A stretch of DNA of 62,912 bases, the filler included, from Octopus bimaculoides (lineage: Eukaryota), in the NCBI RefSeq assembly GCF_001194135.2. It is 5 parts of 5 records of this genome, joined end to end, with 100 filler letters (N's around TTAATTAATTAA, not from the genome) between each part and the next. Parts side by side here need not be neighbours in the genome. Positions count along the whole stretch, not along the records: positions 1 to 31,613 come from NC_068992.1; 4 more parts are not named here. The stretch is one strand, 5' to 3'. This document shows, piece after piece, positions 1 to 12,977 of this stretch. Numbering within the stretch: the stretch's first letter is position 1; the number at the start of each line of letters is the position of its first letter. A program made the position numbers and the translations under genes. Below the pieces are notes generated by a model. The model did not search any database, was not told where the DNA came from, and saw only the letters and a program-made list of their open reading frames with translations.

Positions 1-489
1 TATATGTATGTATGTATATATATGCATATACATTTGTTGACATATATAAGTACGAAGGTATATGAGTTTGTGCATGTGTGTGTGTCTGTGTGCGTGTGAA
101 GATCTTATCATGCCTTTCGTTCTTGTAGCAAATTAATGATTTGATGTACTAAGATATAATGCAAAAATACTTCAAGCAAATGCACAGAGAACTAAAGACG
201 AAATGACGTCACAAACTTTCTTACGGCTTGATATTATTCCTCGTCCCTTTCTATTAACATCTGTTTCTTTTCTTTTTATCTCCTTTATTCACTCCCTCTC
301 GTTCTCCAACTCTCTCACTCCCCCTCTCTCTCTCTCTTTCTCTTTCCTTCTCACGCTATGTCTCTCTCTTTCATATTCTTCTACCGTTATCAACATGAAC
401 GTCACTGTCTGTACCTAGGCCACCGTCACTATCATAATTGTTTTCTTCGTATTTCAATTCAATTACATCTTTTTCGTTACACAAAAACA

Positions 490-800
490 TTAGCAGCAAC
501 GTACAACCATATAGAAGATAAGACTCCCTTCCTAGATTTATATCCGCCCAGTTTCAAAAGAAGTGATACACAACGTCCGTGTACAACGAAGACACAGATA
601 TACATATTTATATACATACAAATTGAACATCCACACAGGTACACCACGTGAGAACTAAATATCTCTAATTAGAATGGTATTTATATTTTATTTTGCAAAG
701 TAGTAGATAAGACAATGTACAATATTAAATTCACATTCATTAAGAACGGATATTCTAATATAGTAAACCAAACCACAGAAGATTATAAATATAAATATAA
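490..800 (+). pseudogene. Decayed Penelope-like/RT thumb fragment
   Basis: 511-540 translates IEDKTPFLDL, resembling the E..LPFLD motif downstream of the RT catalytic core in PLEs; the rest is frameshifted or degenerate. Confidence 0.4.
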
Positions 801-1103
801 ATGAACTGCAACAAGGTCGTCAGACATTACAAATGAACCCGTCATTAAGAATCTCATAAGACGCTCCACAAAATGTATCATACCCATGCATGAAATAAAT
901 CTAATAACTCTACGAAAGCGCAAGTACCAATATATATATATTAAGTTGAGAGAGTTGGTATGTGAAAGTAAGTGGTTGGATGTATAAAAGACAAAAAAGA
1001 GTGAAAAAACTACAGAAGACTTGTGTTATATGGTTAAAGTATATATTTAAATCGTTATGTTAGGAAAATGTTATAAATGTTGAGTATAGTAACATTGTTT
1101 TTG

Positions 1104-1142
1104 GAGAAATAACCGGTTTCGTATTTTATTTTCAAATTTCTC
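1104..1142 (-). ncRNA. Minimal type-I hammerhead ribozyme-like motif (U3:A8 core)
   Basis: Minus strand reads GAGAAAU-UUGAAAA-UAAAAUAC-GAAA-CCG-GUU-AUUUCUC. Stem I is a perfect 7 bp, stem III is palindromic (ACCGGU), stem II is defective. Confidence 0.55.
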
Positions 1143-1241
1143 AAATTTCTTTACCTATATCGTATCATGTCTTCGCTATTGTGTAAATTTGATTATAAAA
1201 GTACAATTTATAAGCTTTCTAATTCGTTAACCATATACATA

Positions 1242-1514
1242 CGAGGGGCGTTCATTAAAGATTTCCCTTGATCCATTTCCCAAGGACTGGGATACATGAA
1301 ACTTGGCATAAATATTAGTACTTCTCTACATAGCCACCACCAATGGTGACACGCTTCTCCACTACCGCAGCCGTTAAAGACAAACGAATACTAGTTTGGA
1401 AAGCTGCAATTTACAACGTGACATGAAGAAACATGTATAATTATACTTGTACGACTTCTGTTTCCTGTAATTACCGAATTGGGTCAGGAGAAATCTTTAA
1501 GGAATACCCCCTCG
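1242..1514. mobile_element. Mariner-type MITE, 273 bp
   Basis: TIRs CGAGGGGCGTTCATTAAAGATTTCCCTTGATCC / GGGTCAGGAGAAATCTTTAAGGAATACCCCCTCG (about 27/34 matches); TA on both sides (1240-41, 1515-16); no ORF. Confidence 0.85.
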
Positions 1515-1739
1515 TACAAGATCCTTTTTGAGGTTCAGAATGCGTTTAAATCAAGGCACAATTATAACAAACGCCGTGCAAAATAAAACAAATCTAGATA
1601 GAATGATATTAATGAACAACTCATCTATGCTATATATGTAGATATCTCCACAAAATGAAAGAAAGATTATTCATAAATCTTAATCATCATCATCATCAAC
1701 GACCCCTAGATATTACTATCTCATGCCCTGTGATTTATA

Positions 1740-1950
1740 AGGGCGATTACTCGGTTTCCATGGCGCCTAAGTGACTGCGAAGGGGACGCCAATCCGTCAC
1801 AGGGTTTCTTATTTACTGCTGAGTTGAGTGTGACAAGGCCAGATAAAGTTTTCTTTTTTTCAATAATACAACGCACCGTCCGGTCAAGAAATGGAAACCA
1901 CGATCTTGCGATACAGCGTGCAACACCCCTAACCACTAGGCCACACGAGT
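1740..1950 (-). mobile_element. tRNA-derived SINE (old copy)
   Basis: A-box TGGCCTAGTGG on the minus strand (1933-1943) plus a B-box-like segment; body similar to the copies at 55.7-56.1 kb and 58.5 kb. Confidence 0.6.
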
Positions 1951-2234
1951 TCATAAAGCAGCATGCTGATAAAAATAACATATACATGCCATAAACGGAA
2001 TAAACATTTGACAGAAGACGTATAATAAAGACGATGGTATTTCAGGCTTCCGTTATTGGCGTTCGAATAAAATCGAACGAAAAACATTAACAGAAATAAC
2101 ATTTGTTTACTATAAAGTAGGAAGTTACACACGCCAGTAAACCTTCGCAACCTGCTGGTGCGATGATGATGGAATTAGTTGCATGAATTTTCCAAATAAA
2201 TTACAAAGAAACTCAGAAAAATATGACCAGAAAA

Positions 2235-2430
2235 GATTAGGCGGATCATGGCTATGTGCGTAAGAAGCTTCCTTTCTAAAAGCGTAGTTTCGGGTTCAAT
2301 CTCTCTGCATTGTACTTTCCACAAGTCTCTTCTCCTATCGTGTGCATTGTGACTGGATCAAGAAAACGTAAACTGCGTGGTAGTCAATCGTATAAGTGTG
2401 TGTATGTATATATATATATATATGTATGCA
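2235..2430 (+). mobile_element. tRNA-derived SINE, family with internal (TG/TA)n (old copy)
   Basis: Degenerate match to the head GGCTGTGTGGTAAG...GGTTC seen at 22.2, 44.5 and 50.15 kb, running into a TG/TA microsatellite. Confidence 0.5.
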
Positions 2431-2569
2431 TGTATATGTCACGTGCGATGGGTAAATTGTCTCCATTTTATATTTTTGATTTTGTGCATGCGCATTATTT
2501 GTTTTTGATTTTGTCGACTGCACAGTATGGTAGGGTCAGTTGAGCACCGTCTGTGAGAGAAAAAGCACC

Positions 2570-3185
2570 ATGACGCAATTCACTTTGCTAGAAATTTGGA
2601 AAATGCATGCTGTACTGCTTGGTATTCGCTCCGGAAGCACAAATACGAATATTTCAGAGGGTCTGGAAGTCAATCTGAGGGCGGTGCAATCTGCAGATAT
2701 GTACCGAGAGTGATACAAATCAAACATCCTATCAACATCATAGTGTTTGGAGTGATCATTAGTGATGGCGACGTTATACCTCTATTTATCTTCCCACGCG
2801 GCCTCAGACTCAACACGGAGGCCTACATCAAGTGCCTGGAGGAAGCAGTGCTGCCATAGTTCAAGAGTGTGGCTGCCGGAAGGCCCTATGTCTGGCAACA
2901 GGACTCTGCACCATGCGACACAAGCATGAGAACCGAATCATGGCTTTCAGACAACTCCTGCGACCACATCATCCGTAATGTCTAGCCAACTCCCTTCATT
3001 ATTATATGTGGGTCGCAGTTGGGCGAGAGACCAACAAAACTCCTTGTAACACCAAAGATGAACTGACGGCAAGGTTTATAGTAGCATTCACCAACTTAAA
3101 CAAGGATACCACCCAGAAGAGATGCAGGAGATTCCGAAGTCGTCTAGAGGCTGTCATTGAAGCCAATGGCGATTTTATTGAATAA
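2570..3185 (+). pseudogene. Tc1/mariner transposase, maT/DD37D-like, internally deleted
   Basis: Reads MTQFTLLEIWK... then jumps to IKHPINIIVFGVIISDGDVIPLFIFP..LNTEAYIKCLEEAVLP*..RPYVWQQDSAPC..; ends RFRSRLEAVIEANGDFIE* (stop 3183-85). The SPDLNP region is partly deleted; no TIRs seen. Confidence 0.8.
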
Positions 3186-3399
3186 ATTTACTCTTTAGTA
3201 TTTCAAATCCTCAGCTGCACAAAGATATAGAAATTTACTGAAATGTCATTTCAACAGACGGACATAGTTTTGTAACTACATTTAAGCTCTCCAAGTAGAA
3301 AGGAAGAATACAAAAAAAAAACATTTTGACTTAGCCAGACCATACAGGCTACAATGGGACGCTGCCATGACAAAAGAAAATAAATATAAAATATTAAAA

Positions 3400-3506
3400 G
3401 CTGGTCAATCTGACTTCGTCGCAATTTGAACTCAGAATATAGCGGCAGACGAAATACTGCTAAGCCTTTCGCCCGGCGTGCTAACGTTTCTGCCAGCTCA
3501 CCGCCG
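3400..3506 (-). mobile_element. CORE-type tRNA SINE head
   Basis: Reverse complement of GGTGAGCTGGCAGAAACGTTAGCACGCCGGGCGAAA...TTCTGAGTTCAAAT. Confidence 0.8.
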
Positions 3507-4091
3507 TTTCATCCCAATAATATTAGAAATATTTAAACTAAATAATGTTTGTTGTAGCCTTAATTCGTATTCAGTCAACTACGTCAGTGTTAGAGAATCT
3601 AATAGAGTTCAGCTTTAAACGCCCAATGAGGGAGCACCTCAAAGTTCCTTTGTCTGCGTCAAAATCTATTCTACCCCCGATCTGAAAAACTGCAGTAGCC
3701 ATGTCTAAAATATTGTGAATCATAGGGTTAATCGATCGGGGCTGATCCGAAGCTAAACAGTAACAACGACAGGAGAAGCCATTGTTATTTGTGTTGATGA
3801 ATGTTGCGAGAGTGAGAGTAAAACCAGGTACACAAAGAAAGAGAGATAGAAGAAAACTTTGACTTTGATTTAGAATTTTGCTTGTCTATTTGAAATGTTG
3901 ATTAGATCAATCAAGAATAAGATCACAGCTGGAATCTCTTTGAATATTAAACAACTCTATTAGCTCTCTCTCTAAGCAATAACAGTAACAACAAAAATAC
4001 CTTCATCAACAAAATACATGAACAAATACGATAGCTGCAACCACGTGGTTTTCTTAACTTAAATATTAACATTAGCAATAGAATATAAGTT

Positions 4092-4286
4092 GTTGAGCTG
4101 GCAGAATCTTTAGCACACCAGGCTATGTACTGAGCGGCATTTTGACCGTCTTTACATTCCGCTGAGCTCGACATTGCCTTTCGTCATTTTGGGGTCGATA
4201 AACGAAGTACCAGTTGATCACTGAAGTCGATCTAATCGTCTTATCCCTTCCCCAGAATTGCTGACTTTCTGCCAAAACTTGAAACC
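4092..4286 (+). mobile_element. CORE-type SINE
   Basis: Head GAGCTGGCAGAATC plus core TTGCCTTTC...GGGGTCGATAAA..AGTACCAGTTG. Confidence 0.8.
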
Positions 4287-4364
4287 TCGGTAGAATTTCA
4301 AATCAGAACATAAAGACGGACGAAATGAGGCTAAGCATTTTACCCGGCGTGCTAGCGATTCTGC

Positions 4365-4365
<1 letters not shown>
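4287..4365 (-). mobile_element. CORE-type SINE head, inverted against the preceding copy
   Basis: Reverse complement of GCAGAATCGCTAGCACGCCGGGTAAAATGCTTAGC...TTCTGATTTGAAATTC. Confidence 0.75.
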
Positions 4366-4427
<62 letters not shown>

Positions 4428-4455
4428 CAATAACGACTAATAACAACAACAAAAA

Positions 4456-4512
<57 letters not shown>
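4366..4512. repeat. (AAT)n microsatellite with AAC variants
   Basis: Read directly from the sequence. Confidence 0.95.
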
Positions 4513-4514
<2 letters not shown>

Positions 4515-4649
4515 TCTGATTACCTCCCCAAGATTTCAAACTGATATTGCAAACGATACTGAATATAAATAGAATATAACTATTTGTTCATTTACGGACA
4601 TTTAATCTGAAGGGAAAATTCCCCAAAAGAATAGAAATATGCGTCAATA

Positions 4650-4680
<31 letters not shown>

Positions 4681-5517
4681 GCGCACACACACATACACAC
4701 ACAGACACGTGTACCCTTAACGNNNNNNNNNNNNNNNNNNNNNNNNNNNNNNNNNNNNNNNNNNNNNNNNNNNNNNNNNNNNNNNNNNNNNNNNNNNNNN
4801 NNNNNNNNNNNNNNNNNNNNNNNNNNNNNNNNNNNNNNNNNNNNNNNNNNNNNNNNNNNNNNNNNNNNNNNNNNNNNNNNNNNNNNNNNNNNNNNNNNNN
4901 NNNNNNNNNNNNNNNNNNNNNNNNNNNNNNNNNNNNNNNNNNNNNNNNNNNNNNNNNNNNNNNNNNNNNNNNNNNNNNNNNNNNNNNNNNNNNNNNNNNN
5001 NNNNNNNNNNNNNNNNNNNNNNNNNNNNNNNNNNNNNNNNNNNNNNNNNNNNNNNNNNNNNNNNNNNNNNNNNNNNNNNNNNNNNNNNNNNNNNNNNNNN
5101 NNNNNNNNNNNNNNNNNNNNNNNNNNNNNNNNNNNNNNNNNNNNNNNNNNNNNNNNNNNNNNNNNNNNNNNNNNNNNNNNNNNNNNNNNNNNNNNNNNNN
5201 NNNNNNNNNNNNNNNNNNNNNNNNNNNNNNNNNNNNNNNNNNNNNNNNNNNNNNNNNNNNNNNNNNNNNNNNNNNNNNNNNNNNNNNNNNNNNNNNNNNN
5301 NNNNNNNNNNNNNNNNNNNNNNNNNNNNNNNNNNNNNNNNNNNNNNNNNNNNNNNNNNNNNNNNNNNNNNNNNNNNNNNNNNNNNNNNNNNNNNNNNNNN
5401 NNNNNNNNNNNNNNNNNNNNNNNNNNNNNNNNNNNNNNNNNNNNNNNNNNNNNNNNNNNNNNNNNNNNNNNNNNNNNNNNNNNNNNNNNNNNNNNNNNNN
5501 NNNNNNNNNNNNNNNNN

Positions 5518-5568
<51 letters not shown>

Positions 5569-6982
5569 CATACATACATATATACATATATACATATATA
5601 CATATATAAAGGCATATTTTCTTGGACCCATGTCAATGCATGTATGTACGTATGTATTGTTTCTGTTGAAATCCACTTATCAATAACTTATCCTTCCAAT
5701 AAATCGGTTTACGCTGTATTTTCGCTCAATGTATAGCGATTCTATGTTTGTCTACTTAAATTGAATGGATCGACGAGGTAAGAAAACTGTTGCTCTATCG
5801 TGTCAGATTTAGAGGGAAAATATCCACTTCACGGAAATAGCAGAAGACAAGCAATGTATATACCTTGTGTTTTCCAGAAAACAAAAAAAGGGAAAATAGG
5901 GAAAAAATAATCATTGCTCCGGGTAAGGGAGACTGAAAGAGGAGAAAATACGTAAAGGTCAGTTTAGATTAATATTTTCTATCAATTCTTGGCCATTCAA
6001 CAATACTTGAGTATAGTAAATATAAATAACGATTGAAAGACTCCATTATGGCAATAAAGTGTTGAGATATTTGAGCATTTGTGTGCTGTCATTGTGTGTT
6101 GGTATGTTTCACTTATGTTGATAAATGTGTCTGTACGTTTCTGCGTATGAATGCGAATATATGTTTTTGTGTTTCATTTGCCTTTTCTCGCACGTAGTAA
6201 TGGAGTTGTCGCTGCGATCATTTAGTCAGAAACTAACTTTCACGCAGTAGAGCAGTGTTCATAGTCGTTCCATTCTTGACTATCCCCAATTTGTTTTGTT
6301 TGTTTTTTTCAGATATAATGGAATCAAGTTTATAATACTCAATATTTCATATAATATAAAAGTATACACACACCCACACATTTCTGTGTGTGTGTGTGTG
6401 CATATGACTGAAAACTGAACTACTGGACTAAATAAAAGATTATATATATATATGCATATATATATANNNNNNNNNNNNNNNNNNNNNNNNNNNNNNNNNN
6501 NNNNNNNNNNNNNNNNNNNNNNNNNNNNNNNNNNNNNNNNNNNNNNNNNNNNNNNNNNNNNNNNNNNNNNNNNNNNNNNNNNNNNNNNNNNNNNNNNNNN
6601 NNNNNNNNNNNNNNNNNNNNNNNNNNNNNNNNNNNNNNNNNNNNNNNNNNNNNNNNNNNNNNNNNNNNNNNNNNNNNNNNNNNNNNNNNNNNNNNNNNNN
6701 NNNNNNNNNNNNNNNNNNNNNNNNNNNNNNNNNNNNNNNNNNNNNNNNNNNNNNNNNNNNNNNNNNNNNNNNNNNNNNNNNNNNNNNNNNNNNNNNNNNN
6801 NNNNNNNNNNNNNNNNNNNNNNNNNNNNNNNNNNNNNNNNNNNNNNNNNNNNNNNNNNNNNNNNNNNNNNNNNNNNNNNNNNNNNNNNNNNNNNNNNNNN
6901 NNNNNNNNNNNNNNNNNNNNNNNNNNNNNNNNNNNNNNNNNNNNNNNNNNNNNNNNNNNNNNNNNNNNNNNNNNNNNNNNNN

Positions 6983-7046
<64 letters not shown>

Positions 7047-8889
7047 TCTGTTTATCATTGAAGACTCAACTATGTAAAGGATAATATATATCTATATCAC
7101 ATTAAAAAAGAACTTCAGTCTTGCTTGCTTGCGTGCTTGAAATGTTACACAGCCAAAGTGGCGCATAATGGGAAAATACTTTGAAAGATAATTGCACCTG
7201 AAATGTGAAGTCAGACGGAATAAAACAAGTTTCACGTTTTATTGAGATATTCGGCATTTTGGAGGTATAAATACCCAAAACGGTGCATAGTGGGAAAATA
7301 CTTAGAAAATAACTTAACCCTGAAATGGGAGAAACTGGAGCCTTTCCATTAGACAAATTATAATGGGCAAAATATTCTTAAGTGAAAATGACTCTAAAAA
7401 TATAGTAAATATTTCGTAAAAGACCCGTTCGTAACCTGTGTGAAATAGTCGAACATATTGACCCCAATACTTATTTCATATTGGGTCCTTATTCTATCGT
7501 GTTCTTTTGCTGAACTGCTAGTTAGTAAAAGCAAAATTCCAGTCGGTGGTGGGCGACGAACTTAATGTTACAAGCTAAAACCAACTGACATTGTAGGCTT
7601 GTTTATCTTTTATTCATTTATTATGTTTTAGCTATTGTTGTTGTTTAGCACCAGACCTGTCCGAATGGAGAAAGGGCTTTAACTCTCAGGTACAAGGTCG
7701 ATGTGGACCCGCCCAAATAACGTGTCAATATCCATATCTATTCAATAAACATAAAACTAACAAACGATGTTGTTAATTTGTTTCAGGGAACGTCATGCAG
7801 ACCTATGATTAATGGGATTCGAGTCGTGACAAACTCGTATTAATTTTCGTTTAGAAAATTATATCGTTAATTTAACTTCGTCCAATTATAAAATTTTATT
7901 CTAATATTCTAAGGTGTGATTCGAGGCGCTATCACTGCTATCAGCAGCTCAATCAATCACATGATGGGACGATAATCCTTTACATATGATGTAGGTAAAA
8001 GGCTGAGACCCATCTAGCGTTTCCACTGACCCATGCTGCGACTAATTGTCTTTCTTTGATATTGTATTTTTAATACAGCACGTCCATAAGAGGTATTAGT
8101 TCAGGACAAATAGTACTGTGACAAGAATATCGTCAGTGCATTTACAGCAAGTATAAAACATAGATAGCTACTTTAACTTAATACAGCCCCAATTGCCTAT
8201 TCTGGATTTTTTATTCAGTTGGGCGCCTATTCGCAAAGTCATTGAATATATTTTTCACAGTTTTTTTTTGNNNNNNNNNNGACGAAGAACTCTCCGACGG
8301 GCATACGGCTGTAGGTGCGCGCTACTGAAAAGGTTAACCAAGATCGTAATGCGTCTGGGGTTCTCGCAGCCGCTGAGACAATCTTTTGATTCCCTTTAAT
8401 ATTAATCGTTTTTAAATTAATACTTCTGTAAGAGGGTTTTTTTTTTCAATATTATCTCTAGACATCAACTACAATAACTCAGCTATTAAAAGTCTATATC
8501 GATGGAGTAAGACGATGGATAAATATATTAATCTACTTTGTCTTACCATGTTATTTGGATTTAGGCGACTTAGCTTCTATTTTTACTATTCGAGAGGCGA
8601 AGTAAAAGGAGTAAATAATTGCTTATCTTTTCACGCCATGTCAGCCCCTTTCCTGCACTTATGAGTTATTCTAGCTGTGGTCATCCTGCCATTTGTTCAG
8701 ATATCTAGGACAAAATGCCCTTTTCTCTAGGACGATAGGATGAGGCATAAAGAGGATATGGCCACTATCTCTATCTTATATCCATATCCCGAGAGATCCT
8801 TCCTTTGGCTGAAATTACAATCTCTATTTTGTAGTGAAGAGTAAAGACACAATACAATGTAATAATGTAGAAGTAGAATATAACAATGC

Positions 8890-9200
8890 CTTGTTACTGT
8901 TCAGCACTTGGACAATCACAGTTAACGGGACAGAATCTTGATTAATGAACAGAGCAATGGACTTAGAAAACTGGATCTTTCGTAGATTGGTCAGAGTAAG
9001 CTGGAAAAACCTCAAATCCTCAAATCTATCATATTTTTAACATTACTTGAGTCACGAGTCATTGTCAAAGACCATCCGGAATCATGGTGGAGAGGAGAGC
9101 AGAAGACTGTCAAAGATGTTTATAGATTGGCAACATCAAATACGATAGCCCGACTGATTAAATAGAGTATAGAGAGAAATTGAGAGTCTTGGCAAGACGA
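8890..9200 (+). pseudogene. Decayed RTE-clade LINE ORF 3' fragment
   Basis: One frame reads STWTITVNGTES*LMNRAMDLENWIFRRLVRVSWK (8903-9005), matching the ETWT...EMWxxRRxLxISW pattern of RTE C-termini. Confidence 0.55.
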
Positions 9201-9639
9201 GAGATATTTGACTTCAGAGAGATTTTACTGTTTTTTCTAGCATGTTAAACAAACACTTGACGACGACGACGACGACGACGACACCAGTGGTTCATTACCA
9301 TAAAAATTTATGTTTTATTTACGTAATGTTTCGTAATATAGAAGAATTTTGGGTGAACTTTGGGTACTTCTATTTTGATTCTTTCAGTTCAGTTATTAAT
9401 TTATGCCTCAATACGTTTATACCAGTCAAATATTTTAATATTGCCATTTATTGCTATTTCGTGTACCTTTCCAAAAAATTTATTTCTTCTCTCAAGAACC
9501 AAATCGAAGCAACAATGTTGTTAGTGTGTTGCTGATGAAATAACCATTCTTTTCTTTTCTCTTTTCTTTCCATTCTCTTTTTGCCAACCTTGTTTATAAA
9601 GCTTCTTAAATGATGCAGCATTATTTTTCAAACATAAGG

Positions 9640-9950
9640 GCGCTGAGTTGGCAGAATCGTTTATCCTTTCATCCATTTGGGAGCGATAAAATAAGTCCTA
9701 GTTGCAAACTAGGGTCGAATTAATCGACCTACCCACCCTTCCGTAAAATTTGCTTGCTTTGTGTCAAAATTTGAAACTATTATTTCTTAAATAAAAGGAT
9801 GTTGATTTGGCAGAATCGCTTAGGCTTCACAAAATTGCGTTTGTGATTTATAGGTTCCGGTTCTTTACGTTCTGGGTTCAATCACACCGTTGAATTTCCC
9901 TTCATTTTTCCGAGTGTAATAATTTAAAGTACCAGTCATGGACTGTGTCT
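9640..9950 (+). mobile_element. Two degenerate CORE-type SINE copies
   Basis: GAGTTGGCAGAATCGTT heads at about 9645 and 9807; AAATAAGTCCTAGTTG / TTTAAAGTACCAGTC cores. Confidence 0.65.
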
Positions 9951-10327
9951 TCAAAATATTTCCTGAACATCTGCCAGTGCAACAAAAATATATTTCGGAT
10001 TAATTTCTATTAGGGAAAAAAGCCACAATTTTTTGGGTGTATATGTGTTTGCGAGTGCGGAGGAGACAAAGGGACACTATTATATCGATCCACAATATTT
10101 GACATTTACATTTTATATTCATTGAACCTAGGAAGATAAAAGGCACAGTCGGCCTGCGATTTGAAATGAAAATGTCAAAGGAATCAACTAAAACAACTCT
10201 ACATGAAGTATATTCTGCAAATCGACCGCCATTTTCGTTCATAAGTTATGAATATTAATAAGTCCATGTTGTTTCTTTTTTGTTGCTGTTTGTCTTTTTC
10301 AACTCCCACATTCACAGTCATCAATTA

Positions 10328-10552
10328 AGGCTATAAGCTGGCAGTATCCTTATCACGCCTGACAAAATGCTTAGCAGTATTCAGGCTGTCTTTACGTTCT
10401 GAGTTCAACTTTCGCCGAGGTCGAATATCCCTGTCAATGTTTTCGGAGTCAATAAAATAAATTCTGGTTTGAGCAATGAATGATGGAATTCTCTTACCAC
10501 TCCCCCCGCCCACCCGAAATTTCTGGGCCCTATGTCAAAATTTGAAACCAAT
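10328..10552 (+). mobile_element. CORE-type SINE
   Basis: AAGCTGGCAGTATC head, TTCTGAGTTCAA B-box, CAAAATTTGAAACC tail. Confidence 0.75.
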
Positions 10553-10704
10553 ATTTTGTTACATAAACAAAAGATATATTCAATCTAAAAATAACTAAAA
10601 CATTAAACATTCCTTCACAGAAATCTTTTGTCCCTTACACACGACGTGCATTACTTTGCATTACTTTCTAATAAAGTCGTCGTCATTACCCAATTTTCTA
10701 TGTA

Positions 10705-12023
10705 TTTGGTTGTCCGGAAAGTTTGTGCCGATTTATAGTAGCTTACCCTTCGACTTATTTTAGAACATGGTTGAGTCCATAAAATAGGATTTGAATACAC
10801 CTCCATTTAGAACACAGTTTAAGCTATCTTTTCGTGGAAGAAGGTTTATGCTCCTATAACCTGTGTTAATTCTGTAACCCTTTAAAATGGAAGATAAGAA
10901 AGTTCATTTTTGGCACTTGATGCTTTTCTTTTTCCGTAAAGGGAAAAATGCCTCACAATTAACCAAAGAAATATGCGCAGTTTACGATGATGTTTCTTTA
11001 TCCGAAAGAACTGTACGAAAGTGGTTCGCAAGGTTCCGAGTTAGAAATTGTAGCCTTATTGATAAAGAGCGATCAGTTAGACCATCCACTACAGATGATG
11101 ACCAAATCAAGTCATTAATTGAGAATAACCCACATTGCACAACCCGAGAATTGGCAGAAAGCCTCAACCTATCACAATCCGTCGTTCATGAGCACACAAA
11201 TCGCGACGATGTTTGGATACCATATAAGTTGAGTGAGAAGAACCTTTTGGATCGCATTTCCATCTGTGATTCGCTTTATAAACGGAATGAAAACGCGCCT
11301 TTTTTAAAGAAAATTTTGACAGGTGATAAGAAATGGATTATCTACCGAAATGTTCAGAGAAAACGATCCTGGAGTAAGCGACGAGCCATCCTTAGGCATC
11401 CCAAAAGCGGGTCTTCATCCTAAAAAAGTCTTGCTTTGTATCTGGTGAAATTGGAAAGGAATTTTGTACTGTGAGCTTCTCCCAAGTAATCAGACAATTA
11501 ATTCTGAGAAATACTGCGCACAACNNNNNNNNNNAGCTTCTCCCAAGTAATCAGACAATTAATTCTGAGAAATACTGCGCACAACTGGACGAGTTAAAAG
11601 CAGCAATTCAAGAGAAACGTCCAGAATTTGCCAACAGGAAGGGTGTTGTTTTCCAAAATGATAATGCAAGACCGCATGTTTCTTTGAGAACCAAACAAAA
11701 ATTGCTGCAGCTCGGCTAGACTCTGTTACCCTACCCTCCATATTCACCAGATATTGCTCCTTCGGATTTCCACTTATTCAGGTCTCTGCAGAATAGTCTT
11801 AATGGTAAAAATTTCAATTCCTTGGATGACGTAAAAAGATACCTTGATGAATTATTTGCCATGAAATCAACTCAGTTCTGGGAAGAGGATATTTTAAAGG
11901 AAAGATGGAGATGCATTGGGCAACAAAATGTTTCATATTTGGTGGATTAAAAATGTAATGGCAAGTATTTATTGGCCTTTTTCTTTCCTTTAAAAATCGG
12001 CATGAACATTCCAGACAACCCAA
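10705..12023 (+). mobile_element. Full-length mariner DNA transposon (mellifera-like, DD34D)
   Basis: 30-bp TIRs 10705-10734 and 11994-12023 (25/30 identical); TA TSD at 10703-04 and 12024-25; internal transposase. Confidence 0.95.
10887..11950 (+). pseudogene. Mariner transposase pseudogene
   Basis: MEDKKVHFWHLMLFFFRKGKNAS.., WIPYKL, LTGDKKW, FQNDNARPH, YSPDIAPSD with 34 aa between D2 and D3. Frameshift near 11400 and in-frame stops (TAG at 11717-19). Confidence 0.93.
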
Positions 12024-12936
12024 TATTTATATAAATGAGGACATGGATATTTGTATAATGACAAATCTTACAAACACATTGCCAACTAACTAACTAAAAA
12101 TAATACTATAGTCTTCATTATCCGAAAGGAATTGTGCCGATTCAATTAATGTTTGTATTAATCTATTGCATTTTGTTTTCCGTGAAGCCAGTTTCATTTT
12201 TCCAATGACCAGCAGCTTGCCCAGCATACGACATGTTAAACAGAGCTTTGGTGAAAACAGTAGGTTGACTATTTAATACACAATATCGGGTTTAAGAAAA
12301 AAATATCAAAGTTTCGAAAAAGCAAAAGAATTGTTTTACTGTGTAATCATTGATACATAACAATAGACTTACTAGCTTCAGTAGTTTTGAGACAAATTCA
12401 AAAAACCAACCAAGGAAACAATTGTGATATAAAAAAAAAACTACTGAAGTTATGTTGCTTGGATATTGTAAACAGCGCCGTACATAAGCAAACACACGTG
12501 TGTATGACCATGAATATGTGCGCCTGTGTGTATGTATATACATATATGTTTGTGTGAGTGTGTATACATTCATATATATACATATATATATAGATGTATA
12601 CATATAGGCTTCTATACTTTTATACATGTGTGTGCATGAATTATATATATATATATATATGTATANNNNNNNNNNNNNNNNNNNNNNNNNNNNNNNNNNN
12701 NNNNNNNNNNNNNNNNNNNNNNNNNNNNNNNNNNNNNNNNNNNNNNNNNNNNNNNNNNNNNNNNNNNNNNNNNNNNNNNNNNNNNNNNNNNNNNNNNNNN
12801 NNNNNNNNNNNNNNNNNNNNNNNNNNNNNNNNNNNNNNNNNNNNNNNNNNNNNNNNNNNNNNNNNNNNNNNNNNNNNNNNNNNNNNNNNNNNNNNNNNNN
12901 NNNNNNNNNNNNNNNNNNNNNNNNNNNNNNNNNNNN

Positions 12937-12977
<41 letters not shown>

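Noticed and set aside
11474-11585. 51-bp direct repeat inside the mariner transposase
   Set aside because: Identical copies flank a 10-N gap: an unmerged contig overlap, not a real duplication.
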